The notes beneath the pieces are model-generated. The model was given only the letters and a program-made list of their open reading frames with translations. It had not been told where the DNA came from and made no database searches. The position numbers and the translations under genes are program-made. This document shows positions 30,723 through 40,285 of a DNA stretch of 64,000 nt, one piece after another. The DNA is from a virus (taxonomy: Duplodnaviria; Caudoviricetes): positions 32,001-96,000 of IMG/VR virus record IMGVR_UViG_3300036546_000172; one strand, written 5' to 3'. The stretch's first letter is position 1, and each line of letters starts with the position of its first letter.

Positions 30723-31724
30723 ATGGGGATAGTATACGCATTACTGGATTTGTCTAGCCCGGGTAGATATGAAACACCTTATTTCACCTTACTATATAAA
30801 CCATATTATATAGGCAAGGGTTATAGCGAAACGAGAGCAAAGTCTCATTTTCACGAATCCATAACAAGATCTAAATCTAAAGGTAAGCGGTCCTATAAGC
30901 AAAACAAAATTATTGATCTTCATAATCGTGGAATAGACTATAGTTATATTGTTTGTGAATGTGAAGACGAAGATGATGCTTTTATCAAAGAAATGGAATT
31001 AATTGAACTGTTTGGAAGGTTTTCAAATGGTGGTATACTAACTAATGTGAATCCAGGGGGTTTGGTTGGGACAAGAAAAGGCTATATTCACTGCCACGAT
31101 AAGAATGGTATGATTGTATATGTAAAAAGTGATGATAAAAGAATAGAATTAGGTGAATTAAGTAGAACTTTATTTTATGAGCATTCAGTGATGTGCGTAG
31201 ATACTGAAGGTAAAATTTACAGAGTGGATAAACATAAATACAACCCTAATATCCATACAACGATGCATAATAGAAGGAAAAGATCAAAAAGCACGAGAAA
31301 GGCTATATCAGAAGCAAAATTAAAATACAAATTCACAGAAGAACACTTAAAAAATATAACAGAAGCTAATAGATTAACTTCAAAAAATGTACACACTGGC
31401 GCAAAGAGAAAAGATTCAACTAAAACAGCAATATCAAAATCTAGATTTGGTAGTAAATCAAAAGTTGCTAACACCTGGAGATTGACAGATCCAGGTGGAA
31501 GTGTTTTTGTTTATAAAGGTGGGATTGCTTTAGCAGAAGATTTGTTTGATATTAATGCAAATAGACTACTAAGATACGAAGGAGATAAAGTTCCTTATCC
31601 AGATTATACTGGACATAAGAGCCAAAGAATCTTTAATACAATCGGATGGATGCTAGAAAAGAATCCAGATGATGCAGAAATAACATTTGAATTTATATTT
31701 AAGAAGAAAAGGTTGGGGAGCTAA
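30723..31724 (+). mobile_element. Free-standing GIY-YIG homing endonuclease with NUMOD-like repeats
   Basis: VYAL...YYIGKG...R, E..LI...G, LTN..PGG; basic repeats STRKAISEAK and STKTAISKSR; AT-rich relative to flanks. Confidence 0.8.
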
Positions 31725-31738
31725 TGCTCCCCTTTTTT
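31715..31738 (+). terminator. Intrinsic terminator between convergent units
   Basis: GGGGAGC-TAAT-GCTCCCC-TTTTTT. Confidence 0.8.
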
Positions 31739-31773
31739 GTGTTTGTCATTTCAAACTTGGATCTGATCACACG

Positions 31774-32244
31774 CTACTCTCCAATACAACACATACCTTT
31801 AATCACATGATGCACTGATGCTATTGCTATGTTATCGAAGAACCTATGTTTACGATCCTGAGACATGGAGTCTAAAATGAACATGTGTCTTCTAGAATCT
31901 CCTACAAACCTCACCTTAAGACCTTCTACGCTGGTTTCTGCGCTTAACACGCGATCCTTAAGACCTGCGTGATTCTGAACAATCAATTTTGCTGCACGGT
32001 TGTTGTGGACAACGAGGTAAGAGTTCGGGTTGCGATATAGATACTCTAATGCTGCAGAGGTGTGACCGGATTGTCTACCAAACGAGAACGACGTAACACA
32101 CAGCTCAGCCCACTGTGCAATTCCACCGACAATAGTGTCTCTGTACTGATCATTCTTAAGCTCTGAGATCTTTAACATAGACTCCAGGATCTCGTAAACT
32201 TTATATTCAACCGTCTGTGTGTAAAGTTTCATACCAAACCTCAA
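31774..32244 (-). CDS. Hypothetical protein with P-loop-like GRQSGHT
   Basis: 156 aa; overlaps the upstream gene's stop. Confidence 0.55.
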   Translation of the reverse strand: MRFGMKLYTQTVEYKVYEILESMLKISELKNDQYRDTIVGGIAQWAELCVTSFSFGRQSGHTSAALEYLYRNPNSYLVVHNNRAAKLIVQNHAGLKDRVLSAETSVEGLKVRFVGDSRRHMFILDSMSQDRKHRFFDNIAIASVHHVIKGMCCIGE

Positions 32245-32501
32245 TACAAGTTTTCAGAAAATAACATGCCAGCAGCTGACACATCACGAATAATTTGTCC
32301 ATTCTTCTCAGCAATCACCCATGCCTCTTCTCTATTATAGAACCGACCATACTGATCAATGAACCCCTGGATATGAGGATCAGAGCCTTTAACTCCCATA
32401 TACGACATTTGAACATGCATATGTTGATCGAAGTGTCTTGCTCCGATCAACAGTGGTCCGTTCTCAAATTTGTTAGCTGCACAAACAATGCGTGGTTCCA
32501 T
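32241..32501 (-). CDS. Hypothetical phage protein
   Basis: RIVCAAN...GARH...QGFIDQ.G.F..R.EA..IA...GQ; translationally coupled. Confidence 0.65.
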   Translation of the reverse strand: MEPRIVCAANKFENGPLLIGARHFDQHMHVQMSYMGVKGSDPHIQGFIDQYGRFYNREEAWVIAEKNGQIIRDVSAAGMLFSENLY

Positions 32502-32695
32502 TACACACCCCAGATTACCCCAAGAATGAAGAGCAGTAGTCCTGATGTAATAGAGAATAGAACCAAAGCACCACCAATCAAATTATAATACTCAAACTTC
32601 TTCTCACCCACAGCTTGTTTAACTGGAGTATCTATGAACATCATGACAATAGCTATTAGAGCTGTCGTCAATGTAATCTTAAACCAAATATCCAT
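32501..32695 (-). CDS. Small two-TM membrane protein
   Basis: Two hydrophobic helices; coupled. Confidence 0.55.
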   Translation of the reverse strand: MDIWFKITLTTALIAIVMMFIDTPVKQAVGEKKFEYYNLIGGALVLFSITSGLLLFILGVIWGV

Positions 32696-32974
32696 TTACC
32701 ACCTCTTCGTTTTCACTTTAACCACATCATCCCAATACAGATTAGGGTAGCGCTTTTCATAGTATTGCACGGAGTTTGTGTTCTTGGTGCCATAGAGTTC
32801 TAGTGTCATGGTATCACTGTAATGAATACCAATAAACTCCTTACCTTGCCAAACAACAGTGCCTCTATCGTCAATAGGCTCATTGATAGGCTCACCAGGA
32901 ATATCCATAGATTCAATGACACGATGACACACAGAGAGATCACTTACATTAGCGTTATACTTGAAGACAATCAC
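32696..32974 (-). CDS. Hypothetical protein
   Basis: Abuts uvsY; RBS AGGAGG lies in the end of uvsY. Confidence 0.55.
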   Translation of the reverse strand: MIVFKYNANVSDLSVCHRVIESMDIPGEPINEPIDDRGTVVWQGKEFIGIHYSDTMTLELYGTKNTNSVQYYEKRYPNLYWDDVVKVKTKRW

Positions 32975-33463
32975 TTACATACCTCCTTGGGTAAATCGTC
33001 GCCAATCTACCGCTACTTTACAATGGAAATTACGAGATTGAATCTCTTTCATGCACCGTTCAAGATAATCTACAATAGCTTTTTGAGTGCCAACGATCTC
33101 GCTCACCAGTATCATCTTTTCATCTGCTGACATGTATTTGTCAATGTCTCCTTTGAGTATCTTTTCATGCACCAGTCCATGAGTGGCGTAATACTGGTCT
33201 GTTTGTCGTCCCATCCAATATTTCCAGCGTTCCATCTTGACCTTTTCTCTGAAAGCGTAGAGCTCTTTAAGCGTCAAGGTATGATCAGTCAACAGCCCGT
33301 TGTACTTGTTCATAAGCTTGGGTGTATATAGAACCGCTGAGTCTAGATCAATATCATCTATTTCAAGATCTGTTTCTGCTTGTTTCTTGACCTTATCCAG
33401 AGATTGCCTCAGATCATCTCGAAGCTCTTCCAGGTCAGAACGCGCTTTGTCACTGAGCATCAT
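32975..33463 (-). CDS. uvsY: Recombination mediator UvsY
   Basis: DL.ID..DLD......PKL..KY, W.Y..G, K.DI.KY..AD, I..R.F..K.A.DW.RF..G. Confidence 0.88.
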   Translation of the reverse strand: MMLSDKARSDLEELRDDLRQSLDKVKKQAETDLEIDDIDLDSAVLYTPKLMNKYNGLLTDHTLTLKELYAFREKVKMERWKYWMGRQTDQYYATHGLVHEKILKGDIDKYMSADEKMILVSEIVGTQKAIVDYLERCMKEIQSRNFHCKVAVDWRRFTQGGM

Positions 33464-33956
33464 CTACTCCGTACTGTTCATTGATGATCTCGCCATCGGC
33501 AGTAACCACTTCAAATTGATTATATCGTAGAGTAGCGTCAAATGTCAACACTGTAGATTCATCTAAAGATGTATACTCGATAGCTGAGATGTTAGTGATG
33601 AAGCAATCCTTGTATATGAATTTGGTAGATGGTTGATTCTGAGAGTCTAGTGAGGTGAGTTCACATGTTCGCGCCAGATCTGGGAATATGGTCTGTTTGG
33701 CATTCTTCAATTGAAGCATCCATTTGTAACAGTCCAGCCACTCACGGTGATCCTCGGATAGAAGGAATTGAACAATGAGTGGCGCTGTGTCAATCTTGTT
33801 GGATGGCACAAACAGATCTTTAGGTCGCGCACCATACAACGTTTCACCTAAGGTTAGATCGGCAATGTTAGATGACTGTACGCTGTATGTCACGTCTCGG
33901 TTGTCGCCGAACACGAATAGGTAGTTGGTGGTGCGTGAGGCGTTTCTTTGTTTCAT
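33450..33956 (-). CDS. gp3: Tail tube terminator gp3-like
   Basis: Y.VQS.NI....LG, L.V.FL..ED...W...Y.W, F..CF.T.IS, F.AT..Y; adjacent to uvsY as in T4-like phages. Confidence 0.75.
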   Translation of the reverse strand: MKQRNASRTTNYLFVFGDNRDVTYSVQSSNIADLTLGETLYGARPKDLFVPSNKIDTAPLIVQFLLSEDHREWLDCYKWMLQLKNAKQTIFPDLARTCELTSLDSQNQPSTKFIYKDCFITNISAIEYTSLDESTVLTFDATLRYNQFEVVTADGEIINEQYGVDDAQ

Positions 33957-34009
33957 GATATTCTCTGTGATAAATGAATGTGTATCAATTTATTCGGAGC
34001 ATAACGATT

Positions 34010-34402
34010 ATGCAGACATTTGCGCAATTTATCAACGAGACGCCGTCATTCTCTGCGTTCTTGATCTCACGTGTCTCTATGCCCCAGATTCGCAACGTCT
34101 CTGATTTCGGTCAATTCTTGGACCAGTTAGGTGTCAGCGGAACATACACTGAAATAGATCCTCAAAATTATAATCCTACTCAAACAGACTTTGATCAATC
34201 TAAGGTGGATCGACTGATCGCAGCTGAGGACCAGGAGACTACCCCTATCATCGTCAGTGAGGATAATTTCGTAGCTGACGGTCATCATCGATTTTATGCC
34301 GCGCTTCAGTCTAGTAGTACGGTTCAAGCTCTGATAGTAAATCTGCCTATCAACAAACTGTTAAAACTCATGTACGATTATACTGAGCTAAGAAATGGCT
34401 GA
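34010..34402 (+). CDS. ParB/sulfiredoxin-like protein with capsid-targeting-like N-terminus
   Basis: PTQ..F...KV, PIIVS.D.FV.DGHHR; N-terminus MQTFAQFINE. Confidence 0.7.
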   Translation: MQTFAQFINETPSFSAFLISRVSMPQIRNVSDFGQFLDQLGVSGTYTEIDPQNYNPTQTDFDQSKVDRLIAAEDQETTPIIVSEDNFVADGHHRFYAALQSSSTVQALIVNLPINKLLKLMYDYTELRNG

Positions 34403-35534
34403 TATCACCATTACCAAAATAAGCGATGTTTGGATGAAGGTTGTGTGCTCCGAACGCTGGATGGAGCTCGATCTGAACGATCGCTTCAAATTCGAGGTGC
34501 CAGGCGCTAAGTTTGATCCACGCGTGAGAGCTGGTAAGTGGGATGGATTTAAGAAGCTCTATAACAGAAAGACTCGTCGGATGTACACCGGTCTTCTGTT
34601 CAAGCTTTTAATGTTTTGTGAAGACAAGAAACTGACATACCACATCGATCCTGACCTGGTACCGCCTGGTGATGAGATTGATGATGAGGATTTAGACCAA
34701 TTGATCTCGTTGATTCAGCCTCACTCTGATGGTCATCCGGTCAATCCATACGATTACCAGCGCGAGGCTGTTAAGTACATGCTCAGTATGGATCGATCTA
34801 CAATTCTGGCAGCTACATCAGCTGGTAAGAGTCTCATACTGTACCTGGCCATTCGCATATATCAGTTGCTTGATGAGATGCAGGACAAGACAATCTTTGT
34901 CATTGTACCATCCACTTCATTGGTTGAGCAGCTATACTCAGATTTCGAAGACTATTCTTCATTCAAGGATTCTAACTGGACGGTCAGCTCCCACGTCCAG
35001 AAGATATCTGGCAAATATTCAAAGTTTGTGAACAAGCAGGTAGTCGTTACAACCTGGCAAAGTCTAGACAAATTACCGCACAGTATCTATGAAGATCTGG
35101 GTGCGGTGTTTGTGGATGAGACTCATACGGCATCTGCTAACATTTTGACTAATATTTTGGAGCGATGTACTACCACTCCTCATCGTCATGGGTTGACGGG
35201 CACTTTAGATGGCTCCGAGTGTTTGCACGGCGATTCAGAAGTAAGAATGCATGATAATTCATTAAAGAAAATAAAAGATATTGTTGTGGGTGATTTAGTA
35301 AAAACCTTAAATGAATCTACTGGGGAAATAGAAAATAAAGAAGTTAAATATATATATAAGAATCTATCAATTTCAAAAAAGGAAAGAAGATTTGAAATTG
35401 AGTTTGAAAATGGAAAGGTTCTTAGATTAACAGGAAATCATAAGGTATTTGTAAGATCATATGGGTGGAAAAGAGCTGATCAGCTTGAAGAAGGTGATGA
35501 TATCATTTGTGTAGAGGAGTATTATGAATTATAA
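34395..35534 (+). CDS. uvsW: UvsW helicase N-terminal half fused to split-intein N-fragment (starts at Cys276, nt 35220)
   Basis: WDG...LY, PYDYQ, ATSAGKS, VDETH, GLTGT, then intein block A CLHGDSEV and block B LTGNHKVF. Confidence 0.92.
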   Translation: MADITITKISDVWMKVVCSERWMELDLNDRFKFEVPGAKFDPRVRAGKWDGFKKLYNRKTRRMYTGLLFKLLMFCEDKKLTYHIDPDLVPPGDEIDDEDLDQLISLIQPHSDGHPVNPYDYQREAVKYMLSMDRSTILAATSAGKSLILYLAIRIYQLLDEMQDKTIFVIVPSTSLVEQLYSDFEDYSSFKDSNWTVSSHVQKISGKYSKFVNKQVVVTTWQSLDKLPHSIYEDLGAVFVDETHTASANILTNILERCTTTPHRHGLTGTLDGSECLHGDSEVRMHDNSLKKIKDIVVGDLVKTLNESTGEIENKEVKYIYKNLSISKKERRFEIEFENGKVLRLTGNHKVFVRSYGWKRADQLEEGDDIICVEEYYEL

Positions 35535-36402
35535 AAGGATATACAATGAGTTAATATCAAATGCTCTGGAGAGGAATATTGAAGATGGCGTGTATTATGA
35601 GAAGCACCATATTGTTCCTAGATCGTTGGGAGGAACTGATGATGCGATTAATCTTGTTTGTTTAACCGCTAGGGAACATTTTGTTGCACACTGGCTTTTA
35701 TGGAAATTTAGTGAAGGAAGAGACAAATATAAGATGGGGCATGCTTTCTTTAGAATGTGTTACCATAATTCAGATAATAGAAAGATAAAGTTAAAACCAA
35801 GAGATTATCAATATGCGCGAGAAGCACATAGAGAGTCTGCAAGATATTTTCACACCGGTAAAAAGTTATCTGAAGAACAAAGAAAAAGAAGAAAGACCCA
35901 CAACCCAAATGCAAGAAAATGTATAATAGAAGGGAAAGAGTTTAACGCCATTTCATTAGCTGCAGAGTATTATGGTGTCACTTCAGCTAAAGTAAGAAGA
36001 TATCTTGATGGAGATGGAACTTTAGAGTGGTTAAAAGGAGAAACAAGGTATGCGAACAAGGAAATAGAGAACAAGGTATACATCAACAATACAAATAATG
36101 GAAGAAATCACAAGATAACAGAAGATGGAAGAAAACGTGTTATAGAGTCAAATAAGAATAGAAAATGCAGTGAAGAAACTAGAAGAAAGATAGGCGAAAA
36201 AACAGCAAAGAATACATATATTGTACATCCAGACACAAAAGATATTATTATAGTGAGGGGTAGGAAATCTTGGTGTGAAGATAACGGATATAGCAAAAGT
36301 ATGCTACATAATATTGTAAATTCAGAGAACCCTATCCACAAAGGAGAATATATAGGGTATTATGTATATTCTGAGGAAGAATATGAAAATAAAAAAGATT
36401 AA
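35524..36402 (+). mobile_element. Free-standing HNH homing endonuclease (MobE-like) between the intein halves
   Basis: YYEKHHIVPRSLGGTDD..NLV.LTAREHFVAH; NUMOD-like GKKLSEEQR and CSEETRRKIG; AT-rich. Confidence 0.9.
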
Positions 36403-37237
36403 AGAAACTTATGATGATTATGAAACATACAATCTTCATATTGAAGATAATCATAATTATTTTGCTGAAAGTGTTCTAGTTAAAAATTGTAATGAGATGG
36501 TGATTGAGGGACTGCTTGGTCCGGTTAAGAGGATTGTAACGTCACGCGAAATCATAGATCAGGGACGCGCCTCGGACATTGAGGTCAGAATGTCTATGGT
36601 TGAATATCCGCAGTCTGTTTTATATGAGTTAAAAGCCGCCTGTGATCAACTGCCTCCTAAGCAGAGATACGCCAAGGAGATTGAGTTCATCAACAGTTAC
36701 GAACCTCGCTGCAGATTCTTATTGGACATGATTCAGTCTATGCCAGGTAATTCTCTGGTGCTGTTTGATCGAGTAGAAGGATACGGTAAGGAATTGTATG
36801 AAGCTCATCTGCAGGTACATGAGCATGTGTTTCTTATTGTAGGTGATGTAGATGTAGATCGACGTGAAGAGATACGTCAGATCATGGATCAATATGACGA
36901 TGCAGTAATCTATGCCAGTTATGGCACGATGCAGCAGGGGGTCAGCATCAAGAAACTGCATAACCTGTTTCTGATTTCATCATCTAAGTCTGTGATTCGA
37001 ATCTTACAGTCTATTGGTCGAATGATGCGATTGCATGATTCTAAATCCAAGGCTCGGATTTTCGACATCGTGGATAATATGACTATCGATGGAAAAGAGA
37101 ACTACGTGTTGAAGCATGCACAAGAGAGAATCGGAATGTACAGTCAGCAGCAGTTTCCAATCGAATTTGATCAATATTCAATTTCACGATATATCGAAGA
37201 ACCTTCTGAGACTAATTCTCTCCAATTCTATGACTAA
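36383..37237 (+). CDS. uvsW: 35-aa split-intein C-fragment fused to UvsW helicase C-terminal half
   Basis: MKIKKIKE...TYNLHIEDNHNYFAESVLVKN/C, then LVLF..VE..GK, ASYGT...GVSIK.LHN, SKS.IRILQSIGR.MR; RBS GAGGA 36373-36377. Confidence 0.92.
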   Translation: MKIKKIKETYDDYETYNLHIEDNHNYFAESVLVKNCNEMVIEGLLGPVKRIVTSREIIDQGRASDIEVRMSMVEYPQSVLYELKAACDQLPPKQRYAKEIEFINSYEPRCRFLLDMIQSMPGNSLVLFDRVEGYGKELYEAHLQVHEHVFLIVGDVDVDRREEIRQIMDQYDDAVIYASYGTMQQGVSIKKLHNLFLISSSKSVIRILQSIGRMMRLHDSKSKARIFDIVDNMTIDGKENYVLKHAQERIGMYSQQQFPIEFDQYSISRYIEEPSETNSLQFYD

Positions 37238-37288
37238 GGTATATCCTAACTTACCTATGCTTGTAAAATTGGAGAGCGATAGAGAGAT

Positions 37289-37549
37289 TCAGTCTCTCGT
37301 TTGATTAAACATAGCAGCCATAGCCTGTTGAACGTTGCTGCATCGAATCACACCTCTTTTCATATACTGATCAATTTCTGATCTTGTGATGTTATGATCA
37401 CTCATGAAAGCAGTTTGAATCTGAATATCTGACTCATATCGATGACGATTAGTCTCATTGCGGTTGTGCTCAAACAGATATTCAGATTCACGAGTGTTGT
37501 CACTCAATGTCATGTACTGCTTGATGATGTTCTGTCTTTTGTTATCCAT
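37289..37549 (-). CDS. Hypothetical protein
   Basis: ATG 37549 preceded by AGAGGA, overlapping the RNase H stop. Confidence 0.5.
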   Translation of the reverse strand: MDNKRQNIIKQYMTLSDNTRESEYLFEHNRNETNRHRYESDIQIQTAFMSDHNITRSEIDQYMKRGVIRCSNVQQAMAAMFNQTRD

Positions 37550-38006
37550 GAACGGTAATCCTCTTACAAAGTTCATCTACTCTTTCATTCTCCGGAATTC
37601 CAGAATGACCTCTGATCCATTGGAAATAAAGAGATCCGTATTTCCTTTGATGTGCTAGCTCATACAAAGTCTTCCAGAGTTCAACGTTCTTGGTCTTTTG
37701 GTAATTAACCAGTCTCCAATTATGAACCCACTCGTTGATCCCCTTGACACAATATTGAGAGTCTGAATAGACTGTAATGTGACATTCTAGTCTATTGACA
37801 TCAGACTGTTCTATAAGAGAATTGATATACTGCAGCGCTTTGATGATGGCGGTAATCTCCGCCACGTTACCCGTCCGTTGCCCAGACAGTATTTCTTGGT
37901 AATCTTCTATGAAGAATTCATCGTCAATTTTAATCAGGTATGCATAAGAACATTTATTATTCTTACTTCGGTTAATCGAGCCATCAGTCCATATTTTAAT
38001 ATTCAT
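37542..38006 (-). CDS. Ribonuclease HI
   Basis: WTDGS, N.AE..A...AL, YSDSQY, W..W, KN.ELW, W.RGH.G...NE.VD. Confidence 0.92.
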   Translation of the reverse strand: MNIKIWTDGSINRSKNNKCSYAYLIKIDDEFFIEDYQEILSGQRTGNVAEITAIIKALQYINSLIEQSDVNRLECHITVYSDSQYCVKGINEWVHNWRLVNYQKTKNVELWKTLYELAHQRKYGSLYFQWIRGHSGIPENERVDELCKRITVHG

Positions 38007-38042
38007 ACAAAGATTCCACAAAAAGACAAAGAGAAAGAAAAG

Positions 38043-38109
38043 ATATTATTTAAATAATTATTAGAATCAAATGAAATTTTAATTAGTTTCTTAATTATTT
38101 AAATAATAT
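38043..38109. repeat. 18-bp perfect inverted repeat in an extremely AT-rich intergenic region
   Basis: ATATTATTTAAATAATTA (38043-38060) / TAATTATTTAAATAATAT (38092-38109); each arm contains the palindrome ATTATTTAAATAAT. Confidence 0.8.
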
Positions 38110-38253
38110 TTAATTAGTAATGTAAATTAAAATAGATGATCATATCATCCTGTTATATTATCAGCACTCTCTTTTATCCCCTAGTATGAATATAATGCTG
38201 CTTCCTCCGAGAAAATCAAGGTCAAAAACTGAAATTTAATGAAAATTTAATAT

Positions 38254-38282
38254 TTGCATTTCATCTCGTATGAGTCTATCAT
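38254..38282 (+). promoter_or_regulatory. Sigma70-type promoter for the gp55 operon
   Basis: TTGCAT-17 bp-TATCAT with AT-rich upstream tract. Confidence 0.7.
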
Positions 38283-38306
38283 ATCAAATCACGAAGGGGA
38301 GGCAGT

Positions 38307-39026
38307 ATGAAACTAACAAAAGAAATAGATAGTGTCGATGATGTTGAATTCGAACTCATTGAAAGCGGTAGACTTAAACCATCCAACGGTGGCAATTATG
38401 TCAACAACAAAGAATTGTACCAGGAATTTATAGAGTACACGAAGAAAAAGCAAGCTCTGTTTGATGAGTTTTTGATCCAGGTACATTCTGAGTTTCAAAT
38501 TCAATCGCCTGATGAACTGAAAGATAGTCAGCGTAAAGATTACCAGAAGCGCATCAAAGAATTCAGACCACCACGCTTGACAAACAAGATCGGAGCGGCT
38601 ATTATCCAGATTGCTACACGTCGTTGCAACGCGCGGCAGTTCGTAGGATATTCCAACAACTGGAAAGAAGAGCTGATTGCTAATGCGATCATGACAGCTA
38701 CCATCCGGTGTCATAATTTCAATCCAGAAAAAAGTGATAATCCATTTGCATACTTGACTCAGATTTGCAACAACGCTATACTGGATCAGCTGAAGAAGGA
38801 AAAGCGTCAGTTGTATATTCGATACAAGTCGATGGAAGAGGCCGACGGTTTTGTCGGTGAGGTAGACGAGAACAACATGGATGAAAGTGAATTGCATCAC
38901 ATGATGGACAGCGCACCTTCAGATCAGCGACGCAAGTACATTGAAGATTATGAAGCATCGAACTTCACCAAGAAGGAAGATGCAAAAGACGAGCCAGATG
39001 ATGGCGTCATGAGTTTTGTAGATTAG
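38307..39026 (+). CDS. gp55: Late transcription sigma factor gp55
   Basis: YVNNKEL, IG.AI..IA, F.GYS..WKEE.I, NF.PEKS.NPFAY.TQI..NA....LKKEK. Confidence 0.93.
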   Translation: MKLTKEIDSVDDVEFELIESGRLKPSNGGNYVNNKELYQEFIEYTKKKQALFDEFLIQVHSEFQIQSPDELKDSQRKDYQKRIKEFRPPRLTNKIGAAIIQIATRRCNARQFVGYSNNWKEELIANAIMTATIRCHNFNPEKSDNPFAYLTQICNNAILDQLKKEKRQLYIRYKSMEEADGFVGEVDENNMDESELHHMMDSAPSDQRRKYIEDYEASNFTKKEDAKDEPDDGVMSFVD

Positions 39027-39038
39027 TTGGAGATACAC

Positions 39039-39392
39039 ATGAATGCTTATGAACGTGAACAGTTGCGGGATGTTACAGCTCAACTCAACGAATCATTGAC
39101 AGGAGTGGACTTCAGCACCACTTTCAGTGTCGTATTCTTTCGTCGTCTAGCTGTCAGGTTGAAAGAAACACTCGGGCTCTCATATCCGAACGCGATCAAA
39201 GTTGCTAGCAAGGCCAAGTGCGACGTGCAACTGCTGATCGAAACTGATGAGGATCGAGACGTATTGTACGAGATGGTTGAGCTATATATCCATTCAATTA
39301 CATCTATTGCTGATGAGATATGTGACGATGACTCAGTAATGGTTGACGTTCTTGAGAATATAGTGTCGCAGTCTCACGTGACTTTTTCATAA
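39039..39392 (+). CDS. Hypothetical protein
   Basis: ATG 39039 follows GGAG. Confidence 0.55.
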   Translation: MNAYEREQLRDVTAQLNESLTGVDFSTTFSVVFFRRLAVRLKETLGLSYPNAIKVASKAKCDVQLLIETDEDRDVLYEMVELYIHSITSIADEICDDDSVMVDVLENIVSQSHVTFS

Positions 39393-39400
39393 GGTGTGAA

Positions 39401-40285
39401 ATGAGTAATATCAAATCGCTGTACAAATCAAAACACATTAAGAACATTGAGCCTTGGATCGTTGAGAATATCCAATACGAGACTATCATGGGATCTCAAG
39501 CCTACGGAGTCTCCTCTGATAACAGCGATCTGGATCTGTACTCATTCACTGTACCTCCTCGTGGAATAGTGTTTCCTCACACTCAAGGGTTCATATCGGG
39601 GTTTGGCAAGCAACCTCCAAATTTCAAAGTGTATCAACAGCACCACATTGAGACAGATGGCGTGTCTCACGATATCAACGTGTACAACATCGTCAGCTAT
39701 TTCCAGTTATTGATGGACAATAATCCCAATCTGATTGACAGTCTCTTTACACGCACACAGTCTGTGACTCATTCAACCAAGATTGGCAACATGGTGAAGG
39801 ATCAACGTCGTATTTTCCTGCATAAGGGAGCATGGCACAGGTTTAAAGGCTATGCTTACGCTCAGATGAAGAAGCTCAGGAGCAAACACGTTGAACCTGA
39901 GAGTAAGCGCTTTGAATCCATCATGAAATATGGCTACGATGTCAAGCACGCGTATCACGTAGTTCGTCTCCTGAATGAGGTTGAGCAGATCTTGATGTAC
40001 GGTGATATTGATCTCATGCAGAACAACGACCAGTTAAAAGATGTGCGTAATGGTGAATGGTCACTGGAGTTCTTGGAACAATATTTCGAGACCAAGGAGG
40101 TTGCGCTTGAGAAGTGTTATCACCAATCGGAGTTGCAGAAATATCCAGACGAGACTAGAATTAAGCAATTATTACTAGATTGTCTGGAAGAATTCTATGG
40201 CCAGGTTAGCGAAGAGGAGGTGCGTTTAGTGTCTGAGCACGAACGCGCCATTGAAGAGATTAAACAGATCATGAGGAAGCTATAA
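39401..40285 (+). CDS. Pol-beta superfamily nucleotidyltransferase (RlaP / PF10127-like)
   Basis: GSQAYG....SDLD, NPN.I..LF, F.GYA..Q, GYD.K.A.H..RLL, L..VR.GE. Confidence 0.8.
   Translation: MSNIKSLYKSKHIKNIEPWIVENIQYETIMGSQAYGVSSDNSDLDLYSFTVPPRGIVFPHTQGFISGFGKQPPNFKVYQQHHIETDGVSHDINVYNIVSYFQLLMDNNPNLIDSLFTRTQSVTHSTKIGNMVKDQRRIFLHKGAWHRFKGYAYAQMKKLRSKHVEPESKRFESIMKYGYDVKHAYHVVRLLNEVEQILMYGDIDLMQNNDQLKDVRNGEWSLEFLEQYFETKEVALEKCYHQSELQKYPDETRIKQLLLDCLEEFYGQVSEEEVRLVSEHERAIEEIKQIMRKL

Noticed and set aside
31774-32244. Second terminase ATPase
   Set aside because: Only 156 aa, His replaces the Walker A Lys, and there is no nuclease domain
35220-36487. Group I intron in uvsW
   Set aside because: The flanks encode clear intein blocks with their own stop, start and RBS, leaving no non-coding room for a ribozyme core
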